The position numbers were made by a program, and so were the translations under genes. A stretch of 64,000 nucleotides of DNA from Spirochaetia bacterium (GTDB taxonomy: Bacteria; Spirochaetota; Spirochaetia; UBA9216). Below, piece after piece: positions 1 through 7,826 of the stretch; the stretch's first letter is position 1, and each line of letters begins with the position of its first letter. The notes below the pieces were generated by a model that did no database searches, was not told the origin of the DNA, and worked only from the letters and a program-made list of their open reading frames with translations. Where the stretch lies: NCBI GenBank assembly GCA_963677925.2, contig CAXXYH010000004.1, positions 768,001 through 832,000 on the forward strand, given 5' to 3'.

Positions 1-62
1 CCGGCCGGGGCTTGAAACTTCTTGTTGTTAAACTTGAATAGAAATTTTGAAACTGACTTCAG

Positions 63-1295
63 ATGAATTATCCTTCAGTTATGGATAGTTTGCATGTCGA
101 TGAAAAACTTCTGGAATACGCTGAGGGGCTGGAGTCAGGTGATACAACAAGAAAATTCTATGATTTATACAGCCGGTATCTTGAAAACTGTACATCAGCT
201 GATCTTAATTCCGCTATCGACCTTTACATGCAGAAGCAGTCTGATTATACAAGGATAGAAAAGGTTGTCGGGCAGCTTATTCGGGCCTGTTCGAAGGGAA
301 TTGAGAAGAATTTTATAGAGCATATAGATGAACCTCCGTTTATCAGACTCCTTAAAATAGAGAACAGAAAACTGGAGGCTGTCAGAAGAGAATCTTCAAC
401 AATTTTCAGATCATTTATCAAGTGCGGAAAAGAAGACTGCCGTGAGCAGAAGCGGCGGGCGGATGATCTGATTAAAATTCTGGAAATCAAAAAAGGGATC
501 CTTCCGCACTATCAGAAAATTCAGAATACGCTTTTTTCCGCTCTTGAAGAGCAGAGCTCAGGTATGAACTGTCTTAAGCTGATGTGGTATCTTCAGGATG
601 GAGTCCTGGAAAATATAAAAATTCTGATAAAGCTGGTTTCAGAACCGGAACCTGATTTTAATATCATTAATAAGCTGTACGGTAAACTGTTTCTGACAAT
701 GGGGAATCTTATATACCGGGAAGAAAAAATACTGCTGCCGATATCGATGGAAATACTATCACCCGGTGTGTTCTCAGCAATGGTAAATGATGCAGCAGAA
801 TACGGCGGTGCATTTAATCTGGACATACTAAGTTTTGTAAAAGATTCAGTTCGGAAAGAACATTCTTTGAAAGATTTCGCTGGTGTCGAAGAAAAAGATA
901 ATCTATCGCTTTCGGTGGGAGCTCTGAATTTAGCTCAGCTGGACCTGATGCTCAATACTCTGCCTGTTGATATAACCTTCGTCGATGAAAATGATCGGGT
1001 GAAGTATTTCAGCCAGGGAAAGGAAAGAATCTTCCCCCGTTCTCCCGGAATTATAGGCCGTGCTGTTCAGAACTGTCATCCGCCAAAAAGTATGCATATA
1101 GTTCAGGAAATTATTGACGATTTTAAGACTGGAAAACGGGATACTGCAGAGTTCTGGATTACACTGGAGGGGCGATTTATCCATATCCGCTATTTTGCGA
1201 TGTTTGAAGGAAATTCCTATAGGGGCGTTCTTGAAGTCAGCCAGGATGTTACAGATATCCGAGCTCTTGAAGGACAGAAACGTCTGCTTGATTAG
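63..1295 (+). CDS. DUF438-type hemerythrin-like/PAS domain protein
   Basis: C-terminal PAS_10-like block (LPVDITFVDENDRVKYFSQGKERIFPRSPGIIGRAVQNCHPPKS...EFWI...FIHIRYFA) preceded by hemerythrin-like segments (HY...LF; IYREEKILLP). Confidence 0.8.
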   Translation: MNYPSVMDSLHVDEKLLEYAEGLESGDTTRKFYDLYSRYLENCTSADLNSAIDLYMQKQSDYTRIEKVVGQLIRACSKGIEKNFIEHIDEPPFIRLLKIENRKLEAVRRESSTIFRSFIKCGKEDCREQKRRADDLIKILEIKKGILPHYQKIQNTLFSALEEQSSGMNCLKLMWYLQDGVLENIKILIKLVSEPEPDFNIINKLYGKLFLTMGNLIYREEKILLPISMEILSPGVFSAMVNDAAEYGGAFNLDILSFVKDSVRKEHSLKDFAGVEEKDNLSLSVGALNLAQLDLMLNTLPVDITFVDENDRVKYFSQGKERIFPRSPGIIGRAVQNCHPPKSMHIVQEIIDDFKTGKRDTAEFWITLEGRFIHIRYFAMFEGNSYRGVLEVSQDVTDIRALEGQKRLLD

Positions 1296-2179
1296 AACAG
1301 ATCGCTTAGTTCCCTGATAAAATTATGAAGTACGGGATTCTGGTTTGTCTTCAGCCAGGCAAACACTACTTCAAGCTTGATATCAAAATTTTCTATTGGT
1401 ATAAACGATATTCCTCTGGTTGTATGAGGGGTTTTTACGTATTCCGGAAGAAGGCTCATTCCGAAACCCGATTCGACTAATAATAGAATTGAATCCAGGC
1501 CCCGGGTTTTTTTTATTCTGGATGGAGAAATACCGGCGCCCTCCCAGTCCCGCTGCAGGATTCTTCCCATTTCAGGATTCGCAGGATCTTCGTGAATAAT
1601 GACAGTAGATTTGTTGATTACAGAGATTGGAATTTTAGGCAGTAAGGCTTCGGGTGAATCTGATTTAACTGCAGCAACAATGCAAAATGTCCCCATTCGA
1701 AAAGTATCAATATTGACTGTGTTCAGCAGATCATAGGGAAAAGCCTGGATGATATCTGTTTTGCCGTATTTAAGATCTTCAAGTATACTCCAGTTTTCAC
1801 TCTGATTAATTTCCAGATCAACTGAAGGAAACTTTTTATGGAAACCGCTGATAACAGATGGCAGGTTCAGCCTTCCAAGGTAGTTTGGAAAACTGATTTT
1901 GAGTGTCCCCTCATATCCTTCGTTTATGAGTCTTCCCTTTGAAATTGAAGATTCATGAAGATCAAGTATTCTTTTAGCATCAAGTAAAAAACTTTCTCCG
2001 GCTCGTGTTAATCGGACTTCCCTGTTGTTTCTGTCAAAAAGTCTGAATCCTGCTTCTTCTTCAAGTTTTGAAATTTGAGCACTCATTGCAGTCTGGGTCA
2101 GGCCGCATTCTCCGGCAGCTCTTGTGAAATTCAGATATTCTGCTGCAACTGTGAAGTTTTTTATACTTATCAGATCCAT
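1292..2179 (-). CDS. LysR family transcriptional regulator
   Basis: N-terminal HTH LNFTRAAGECGLTQTAMSAQISKLEEEAGFRLFDRNNREVRLTRAG; 295 aa. Confidence 0.95.
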   Translation of the reverse strand: MDLISIKNFTVAAEYLNFTRAAGECGLTQTAMSAQISKLEEEAGFRLFDRNNREVRLTRAGESFLLDAKRILDLHESSISKGRLINEGYEGTLKISFPNYLGRLNLPSVISGFHKKFPSVDLEINQSENWSILEDLKYGKTDIIQAFPYDLLNTVNIDTFRMGTFCIVAAVKSDSPEALLPKIPISVINKSTVIIHEDPANPEMGRILQRDWEGAGISPSRIKKTRGLDSILLLVESGFGMSLLPEYVKTPHTTRGISFIPIENFDIKLEVVFAWLKTNQNPVLHNFIRELSDLF

Positions 2180-2193
2180 AAGTGATTATACAT

Positions 2194-2229
2194 AAAAAAT
2201 ACCCCGCCCGCACCTGCGGACAGGGTATT
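2194..2229 (-). terminator. intrinsic terminator after the flavoprotein gene
   Basis: Minus strand AATACCCTGTCCGC-AGGT-GCGGGCGGGGTATT running into a T tract. Confidence 0.7.
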
Positions 2230-2240
2230 CTAATAAAGTT

Positions 2241-4118
2241 TTACTGTTCAGCAGCCTTATATCCGGCAAGTCTTCCGGAATTAAAGGCAAAAGAAAGGCA
2301 CAGTCCTTCATATACAGGATAAGAATCTCCATAAAGACTTCCTGCATCGCATCCGACCGCAAAAAGTCCGGGGATTGCTTTCATTTCGTCAGTAAGGACT
2401 TCAAGATCGCTGTTGACCCGAACACCGCCGATCGAGTTTTCAACAAGTGCCGCAGCTTTTATTGCATAGAACGGGCCCTCGGAAACACCATACTTCAGGT
2501 ATTCTTCATCTTTGAAAAACTTAGTGTCATTTCCTGTCCTTACCGCTTCTGTGTAGGATGCAGCAGAAGCCTTTAGATTTTCAGGGTCCACATCAATTGC
2601 TGCCGCAAGTTCTTCCAGTGTATCAGCCTTGAATGCTCCGCCGGCTTGAATGGTTGCCTCCATCGACTCGTAAAGGTTCTCGAGAGGAGCGACAACTCCG
2701 GAAGCAAGATTAGTATCTACATTTGCACCTACAAGATAGGTTCGTTCAAAAGAGTTCGTCAGCGGTGAACCTTCAGTTGAAAGAAGCTTCATGGTTGTTT
2801 CATCAACAACGGTATAATAAACTCCCCCCTGCGTAACTACGGCATTGCCCCATAACGCAAAGTCGTAAACAGCTGATTCATCAACAAATCTTTTTCCCTC
2901 TCTGTTTATCCACATAAGGGGAAGGTTGTGCAGCTGCCCTGCAGTTCCCTGCCATATTTTGGGATCTTTTACAGGGATAAGAGCGGAATGAACTGCAATC
3001 CCGGGGTTAAACTCGTCAGCACCAGCTTCAACAGCCATGTTGAAGCCGTCTCCAACATTGTTTGCATATGCAAGAGTTGCGTAGTCGGTTACATTCATAT
3101 ATTTTCTTATCATTTCATCATTGCCCCCGAAACCGCCTGTTGCAAGAATTACAGATTCGGCTCTAACGGTCAGCTCAGATCCGTCAGCTTTTTCAGCAAT
3201 AATTCCTGTGACTTTTCCGTTTTCAATTATGAGTTTTTTTCCTGCAGCATCGGTATACAGTTTTCCACCCATGTTTTCAAATTTTGAGTACATAGTGTCG
3301 TATGCCTGATGCTTATCCACATATTTATGATAGGTGGCGGGATCATTTACATGAGCTTTCTGTGTATTCGGGATCAATTTTGTTTCCGCACCGTATTTTG
3401 CCATCCAGTCTATTGTTGACGCGCTTTCCGCAAGTATAGTTCTGGTAAGATCTCCGTTATTTTTCAGATGAGTATATTCAGCAAGAAACTTGAATGCCTG
3501 TTCTACAGTATACTTAATTCCAAGGTCTTTCTGCTGACTGCTTTCAAATGCCAGAAGTCCTTCTGCAAAAAATCTACCGGCACCACCGGGCGTGGATGCT
3601 TTTTCGAGAACAACAACATTGGCTCCTTTTTCTGCAGCCGCAAGCGCTGCTGCTGTTCCTGAAGCGCCTCCTCCGACTACAACAACATCTGCTGTAATCT
3701 CTTCATTCTGAAGACTGTTTTCCCTGGCGGACGGACGAAGATCTGCAGCAGATCCGCCGGCTTTTTCTAAAGCTATCATGACGGCTTCCTTTACCGCATC
3801 AGATGAGTCCGATGCCCCGGTCACTGCGTCAACATCAAGGCTTTGTTCTGCGATTATTTTTGAAGCCATTTTCTCAAGTGCCGGTTTGCCAAGTCCGTCA
3901 GTCTCTGATTCGCTGATAACTGTAATAGCCGTAATTCCTGTTTCTGACATTTCCACCTCGAACTCAATGTCGCCGCCGTGTCCTGAAATTGTTACCGGGT
4001 ATTTTCCCGGTGTGAAGCGTTTGCCTTCTGCAGTATTTGGTGTGCTGCATGAGAAGATTATTGCAAAGGCGAGCATCAGCAGTCCTGCCGCCGCAATAAT
4101 TTTACTGAGATTTTTCAT
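2241..4118 (-). CDS. lipoprotein FMN-binding/FAD-dependent oxidoreductase (flavocytochrome c / fumarate-urocanate reductase superfamily)
   Basis: Start moved to ATG 4118 (AGGAG upstream); signal peptide with lipobox-like IFSC; FMN_bind domain with SETDGLG and flavinylation motif DAVTGAS; FAD motif DVVVVGGGASG; VILATGGFG; IPGLFAVG. Confidence 0.85.
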   Translation of the reverse strand: MKNLSKIIAAAGLLMLAFAIIFSCSTPNTAEGKRFTPGKYPVTISGHGGDIEFEVEMSETGITAITVISESETDGLGKPALEKMASKIIAEQSLDVDAVTGASDSSDAVKEAVMIALEKAGGSAADLRPSARENSLQNEEITADVVVVGGGASGTAAALAAAEKGANVVVLEKASTPGGAGRFFAEGLLAFESSQQKDLGIKYTVEQAFKFLAEYTHLKNNGDLTRTILAESASTIDWMAKYGAETKLIPNTQKAHVNDPATYHKYVDKHQAYDTMYSKFENMGGKLYTDAAGKKLIIENGKVTGIIAEKADGSELTVRAESVILATGGFGGNDEMIRKYMNVTDYATLAYANNVGDGFNMAVEAGADEFNPGIAVHSALIPVKDPKIWQGTAGQLHNLPLMWINREGKRFVDESAVYDFALWGNAVVTQGGVYYTVVDETTMKLLSTEGSPLTNSFERTYLVGANVDTNLASGVVAPLENLYESMEATIQAGGAFKADTLEELAAAIDVDPENLKASAASYTEAVRTGNDTKFFKDEEYLKYGVSEGPFYAIKAAALVENSIGGVRVNSDLEVLTDEMKAIPGLFAVGCDAGSLYGDSYPVYEGLCLSFAFNSGRLAGYKAAEQ

Positions 4119-4138
4119 AGATTCTCCTGTCTTTATTT

Positions 4139-4190
4139 TAGATAATATATTATCTATTGATTTGTCGGTTGTAAAATGAAATATTTTCAT
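4139..4190. promoter_or_regulatory. candidate operator sites upstream of the flavoprotein gene
   Basis: Perfect 18-bp palindrome TAGATAATATATTATCTA (4139-4156) and LysR-type T-N11-A dyad ATGAAATATTTTCAT (4176-4190). Confidence 0.5.
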
Positions 4191-4291
4191 CACGTGAGCA
4201 CTGTAATTGCTGATAATTCTGATCTGCATCCGGATTATAAATGCAAATGTTCCGGTTTCCGTAGTAAAATATTTCGAGGGAGAATTTAATT

Positions 4292-4849
4292 ATGAGAACT
4301 CTTCAGAAGACTAAAACAGACCGGTATTCAGTTTATGTTTTTTATTTAATCACGGTCTCAGTTGTTCTCCTTCTGTTTACAGGCTGTCAGACTGAGAGAG
4401 CCGGAACAGAAAAGGTTGTACCTGAGGCTGCTGTTCGCGAAACAGTCCCTGAGCAGAAGCCTTCTTCCGATGCTGTGACTTCCTCTGGGCAGGCTGTCCC
4501 TCAAACTCTGCCGGGATTTCAGCCTGAAGAAATTCACCGGATTGCAGGAGCGTATGCAAGGATTGCACCGAATGCCCCTGAAGTACTGTCAGTGTATCTG
4601 TGGTTGATACCCCGTCTGGAAAAGATGGGAATACTGCTTAATATGGATGCGCCCCAGGCAGCCTATATGCAGGTGGTTGCCGGTTTTAAATACCGGATTC
4701 TTTGTTCCTATACTGGTAACGGCAGCTCTGAAATTAAATACCTGCTGGTTCTTGTTTATGAAAATCCGGAAGGTGAAAGGGAGATAATGAAGCTTCAGAA
4801 AGAACTTACTGATGATGAAGTTTCTGAGCTCATTCTTGCTGATTATTGA
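4292..4849 (+). CDS. hypothetical lipoprotein with cystatin-like QVVAG motif
   Basis: Hydrophobic stretch ending LFTGC (lipobox-like); low-complexity linker; C-terminal MQVVAGFKYRI. Confidence 0.55.
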   Translation: MRTLQKTKTDRYSVYVFYLITVSVVLLLFTGCQTERAGTEKVVPEAAVRETVPEQKPSSDAVTSSGQAVPQTLPGFQPEEIHRIAGAYARIAPNAPEVLSVYLWLIPRLEKMGILLNMDAPQAAYMQVVAGFKYRILCSYTGNGSSEIKYLLVLVYENPEGEREIMKLQKELTDDEVSELILADY

Positions 4850-5738
4850 AGCTGTAATATTCTGAGGCAAACTCAACGTATTTTTTCAGAACAGGATTGG
4901 TGTTTGATTTTCTGTATGCCAGGACAATATCCATTTTAATATCGAGGTTCTTGAGCTGAAGCAGTCGAATTTTGGATCCTGTAGGCGTCGGTTTGACGAG
5001 AACCGGTATGAATGATATTCCGTATCCGGCCTCAACCATAAACAAGATAGAATCGAGGCCTTTGGTTCTGATTGTGTTTTTAGGAAATATACCGGCTGCA
5101 GCCCAGTCTTTATACATTCTGTTATTCAGCTCCGGCATGGCAGCATCTTCGTGGATTATTACGGTTTCTTCATTTATCATCTCGACAGTGATTTCTTTTT
5201 CATTGGCAAGTTTGTGGTTAACACTTACTGCGGCATTCATTCTGAAGGAGCCTGCTTGTATGATCTTTACATCATCTATCGACTCTAAATCGTAGGGGAA
5301 GGTTTGAACAATATCGGTTTTATTATATTTAAGCTGATCAAGAAGTATCCAGTTCTCGTTTTGGGAGATTTCAATACCTATTTCAGGGTATCTGCTGCTG
5401 AATCTCCCGGTAATCTCCGGGAGGTCTATTCTTCCTGTGTAATTAGGAAATCCGATTTTCAGTAATCCTTCCGAACCTTCAGAAAGTCTTCGTGCCCTGT
5501 CTACGTTGGAATTATAGGTTTCAATTAGGTTTGTTGTATCTATAAAAAACTGTTCTCCTGCCTTTGTAAGTCTTACTGTACGGTTGTTTCTTTCAAACAA
5601 TTTAAAACCAAGCTCTTCTTCCATTTTGAAGATCTGGGTACTCATTGCTGTCTGTGTGAGTCCGCATTCAGCTGCTGCTTTCGTAAAATTGAGATATTTG
5701 GCAACGGAAAGAAAATTCCTAAGGTAAAAGGTATCCAT
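4830..5738 (-). CDS. LysR family transcriptional regulator (paralogue of 1292-2179)
   Basis: HTH LNFTKAAAECGLTQTAMSTQIFKMEEELG; start placed at ATG 5738 by alignment with the paralogue. Confidence 0.93.
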   Translation of the reverse strand: MDTFYLRNFLSVAKYLNFTKAAAECGLTQTAMSTQIFKMEEELGFKLFERNNRTVRLTKAGEQFFIDTTNLIETYNSNVDRARRLSEGSEGLLKIGFPNYTGRIDLPEITGRFSSRYPEIGIEISQNENWILLDQLKYNKTDIVQTFPYDLESIDDVKIIQAGSFRMNAAVSVNHKLANEKEITVEMINEETVIIHEDAAMPELNNRMYKDWAAAGIFPKNTIRTKGLDSILFMVEAGYGISFIPVLVKPTPTGSKIRLLQLKNLDIKMDIVLAYRKSNTNPVLKKYVEFASEYYSFNNQQE

Positions 5739-5891
5739 ACTTAGATTATAGATCAGAAAGTCAGTAAAAATCACCCTGGACATAGCTACGATTTTGTAGG
5801 ATTTTAAGCTGAATTAAATAAAAGGGCAGAAAATCCATTTGTAAATTAAATTGATTGATATTACAAAAATTAAGGTTTATGCACTTTTTTC

Positions 5892-5929
5892 TTGACTATC
5901 GGTTTAATATTAAATAGTTTAATATTGTA
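5892..5929 (+). promoter_or_regulatory. sigma70-type promoter overlapped by a candidate MarR operator
   Basis: TTGACT-N17-TAGTTT; palindrome TTTAATATTAAA (5903-5914) and a degenerate copy TTTAATATTGTA (5918-5929). Confidence 0.6.
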
Positions 5930-5934
5930 CTAAT

Positions 5935-6366
5935 ATGAAAGAGAATGATTTGGCATTAAATACATATACAAAACTTCTTAGAGCTGAGGCGATGATCTCG
6001 TCAATAGTAGCAGCGGAAGAACTTGAAGCCAGCGGACTAACTATCAGTCAGTTTGGGGTACTTGAAGTTCTGCTGCATAAGGGAGATTTGACCGCCAGAG
6101 ATTTGTCAGAAAAGATTCTCAAAACAAAGGGAAATCTTACAATGGTAATTGATAATCTTCAGAAAAAGGGGTTGGTTGAAAGGCTGCCCTGTCTGAAGGA
6201 TCGACGGAAAACATACATTAGCCTGACACCCGAGGGAAGAAATCTTATTCAGGATATTTTCCCCCGGCATGCCCGGAGTATATCTAATTGTATGAAGGTC
6301 CTTACCGAAGAAGAGCAGGCGCAGTTAGGCGCACTGTGTAAAAAACTCGGTACAGGTCTTATTTAG
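5935..6366 (+). CDS. MarR family regulator (MhqR-like)
   Basis: GLTISQFGVLEVLLHKG...LKTKGNLTMVIDNLQKKGLVER...DRR...LTPEG. Confidence 0.93.
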   Translation: MKENDLALNTYTKLLRAEAMISSIVAAEELEASGLTISQFGVLEVLLHKGDLTARDLSEKILKTKGNLTMVIDNLQKKGLVERLPCLKDRRKTYISLTPEGRNLIQDIFPRHARSISNCMKVLTEEEQAQLGALCKKLGTGLI

Positions 6367-6384
6367 TATTTTAAGGAGTCTTAA

Positions 6385-6993
6385 ATGAAGATTGCTGTTT
6401 TGTTTTATTCGACCTATGGTCATAATTATGCTATGGCTGCAGCTGCAGCAGAAGGTTTAAAGAAAGAAGGAGTAGAAGTAGATCTGCTCAGAGTACCCGA
6501 GACCCTGTCTGATGACATTCTTGAAAAAATGGGAGCGATTGAAGCTCAGAAAGCATTTGCGGATGTTCCGCTGGTTGATGTTGAAAAACTTCCTGAATAT
6601 GACGGGTTTGTATTTTCATTTCCGACAAGATTCGGAAATATGCCTGCCCAGTTCAAGGCCTTTGTTGATGCTACCGGTGGTTTATGGCAGTCCGGAGCCC
6701 TGGTAGGTAAACCCTACGGACTGATTGCCGGTTCGGCCACCCAGCACAGCGGGCAGGAATCTACTCTCCTGACATCGATGGTTCCCTTTCTTCATCATGG
6801 AATGATCTTTGTCGGTCTTCCGCAGACTGAACCCCTGCTTTTCAACAGTTCCGAGGTAGAGGGAGGTTCCTTTTACGGAGCAACCACTGTATCTGCCGGT
6901 GATGGTTCAAGACTGCCCAGTGATTCAGAGAAACAGCTTGCATCCATTCTTGCAGTCAGGGTAGGTAAGATCGCAGCCAAGCTGGCAGCATGA
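6385..6993 (+). CDS. wrbA: NAD(P)H:quinone oxidoreductase type IV
   Basis: FYSTYGH, PTRFGNMPAQFK, TGGLW, GQESTL, GGSFYGATT motifs. Confidence 0.93.
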   Translation: MKIAVLFYSTYGHNYAMAAAAAEGLKKEGVEVDLLRVPETLSDDILEKMGAIEAQKAFADVPLVDVEKLPEYDGFVFSFPTRFGNMPAQFKAFVDATGGLWQSGALVGKPYGLIAGSATQHSGQESTLLTSMVPFLHHGMIFVGLPQTEPLLFNSSEVEGGSFYGATTVSAGDGSRLPSDSEKQLASILAVRVGKIAAKLAA

Positions 6994-7015
6994 ACAGACT
7001 GCTGCGTATAGCTTT

Positions 7016-7045
7016 AAAAAAGCCGGATAATTCCGGCTTTTTTTT
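7016..7045. terminator. bidirectional intrinsic terminator
   Basis: AAAAAAGCCGGA-TAAT-TCCGGCTTTTTT between convergent wrbA and trxA. Confidence 0.85.
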
Positions 7046-7358
7046 ATGGAAGATTGCGATCCAGTTCTGCTTTAAGTGATTCGTAGGGATAAGCTCCTTC
7101 AAGACGCATGAGCTGCTTTCCTTTGTGAAAAAGCATGATAGTGGGTATTGAAACTATGGAATACTGGTATGCTATATTCTGTTTTTTTTCGGTATTTACC
7201 TTAACTGTTGTGATTTTCCCCTTGTATTCTTTAGCCAGTCTTTCAATTACGGGACTTACCATTTTGCAAGGGCCGCACCAGTCGGCGTAGAAATCAACAA
7301 GTACCGGAAGATTATTAGTTTTAACAAGTTCCTCAAAACTGTCGGCTATTTGAGACAT
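7044..7358 (-). CDS. trxA: thioredoxin
   Basis: VLVDFYADWCGPCK, SIPT; 104 aa. Confidence 0.95.
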   Translation of the reverse strand: MSQIADSFEELVKTNNLPVLVDFYADWCGPCKMVSPVIERLAKEYKGKITTVKVNTEKKQNIAYQYSIVSIPTIMLFHKGKQLMRLEGAYPYESLKAELDRNLP

Positions 7359-7430
7359 ATTACCTCCTGTCTGTATATGTTTATTTTAATATACTAAAAA
7401 TAAAGGAAGGCGACAAACACGGTCTGATAA

Positions 7431-7826
7431 TTATACCTGCGGAATTATTTCTTCTACAGCCGAGATAAGCTGCGAGTTTCTCCAGGGTTTTATCAGTATT
7501 CTGTCGGCAAGATTTTCTTTTTCCACAGCTTCAAGCGCGTCTTTAGCCGCATGACCGGTAATCATCATTGTTTTTATATCCGGATTGATATTTCGAATCT
7601 TACGAAGGAACTCGTCACCCTTCATTCCCGGCATAAGCCAGTCTGAAATAACCAGAATAAGAGTTACTCCTTCATAAGTAAGATCATTTACTATCTCAAG
7701 GGCTTCCTCAGCATTCAGAGCTGTTTCATAAAGAAACCGTGTTTTGAAATGATTTTTAAGTTCCTGTTTGATTGACATTAGGATAATGGCTTCGTCATCT
7801 ACACAAAGTATAGCCTTTTTGTTCAC
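7431..7826 (-). CDS. single-domain response regulator
   Basis: ILCVDDE, ISDWLMPGMKG, ITG, KPW. Confidence 0.92.
   Translation of the reverse strand: MNKKAILCVDDEAIILMSIKQELKNHFKTRFLYETALNAEEALEIVNDLTYEGVTLILVISDWLMPGMKGDEFLRKIRNINPDIKTMMITGHAAKDALEAVEKENLADRILIKPWRNSQLISAVEEIIPQV

Noticed and set aside
4119-4229. N-terminal ORF extension (similarly 5739-5783, 14410-14520, 42344-42370, 57827-57862)
   Set aside because: Downstream ATGs have better SD sequences, signal peptides or alignment to the family N-terminus
5790-5880. AT-rich spacer with weak dyads and TAAGGT as a possible third copy of the hairpin element
   Set aside because: Lacks the TAAAAC..GTTGGTTTTA and TCTTCATTTACAT blocks and the 14-bp stem
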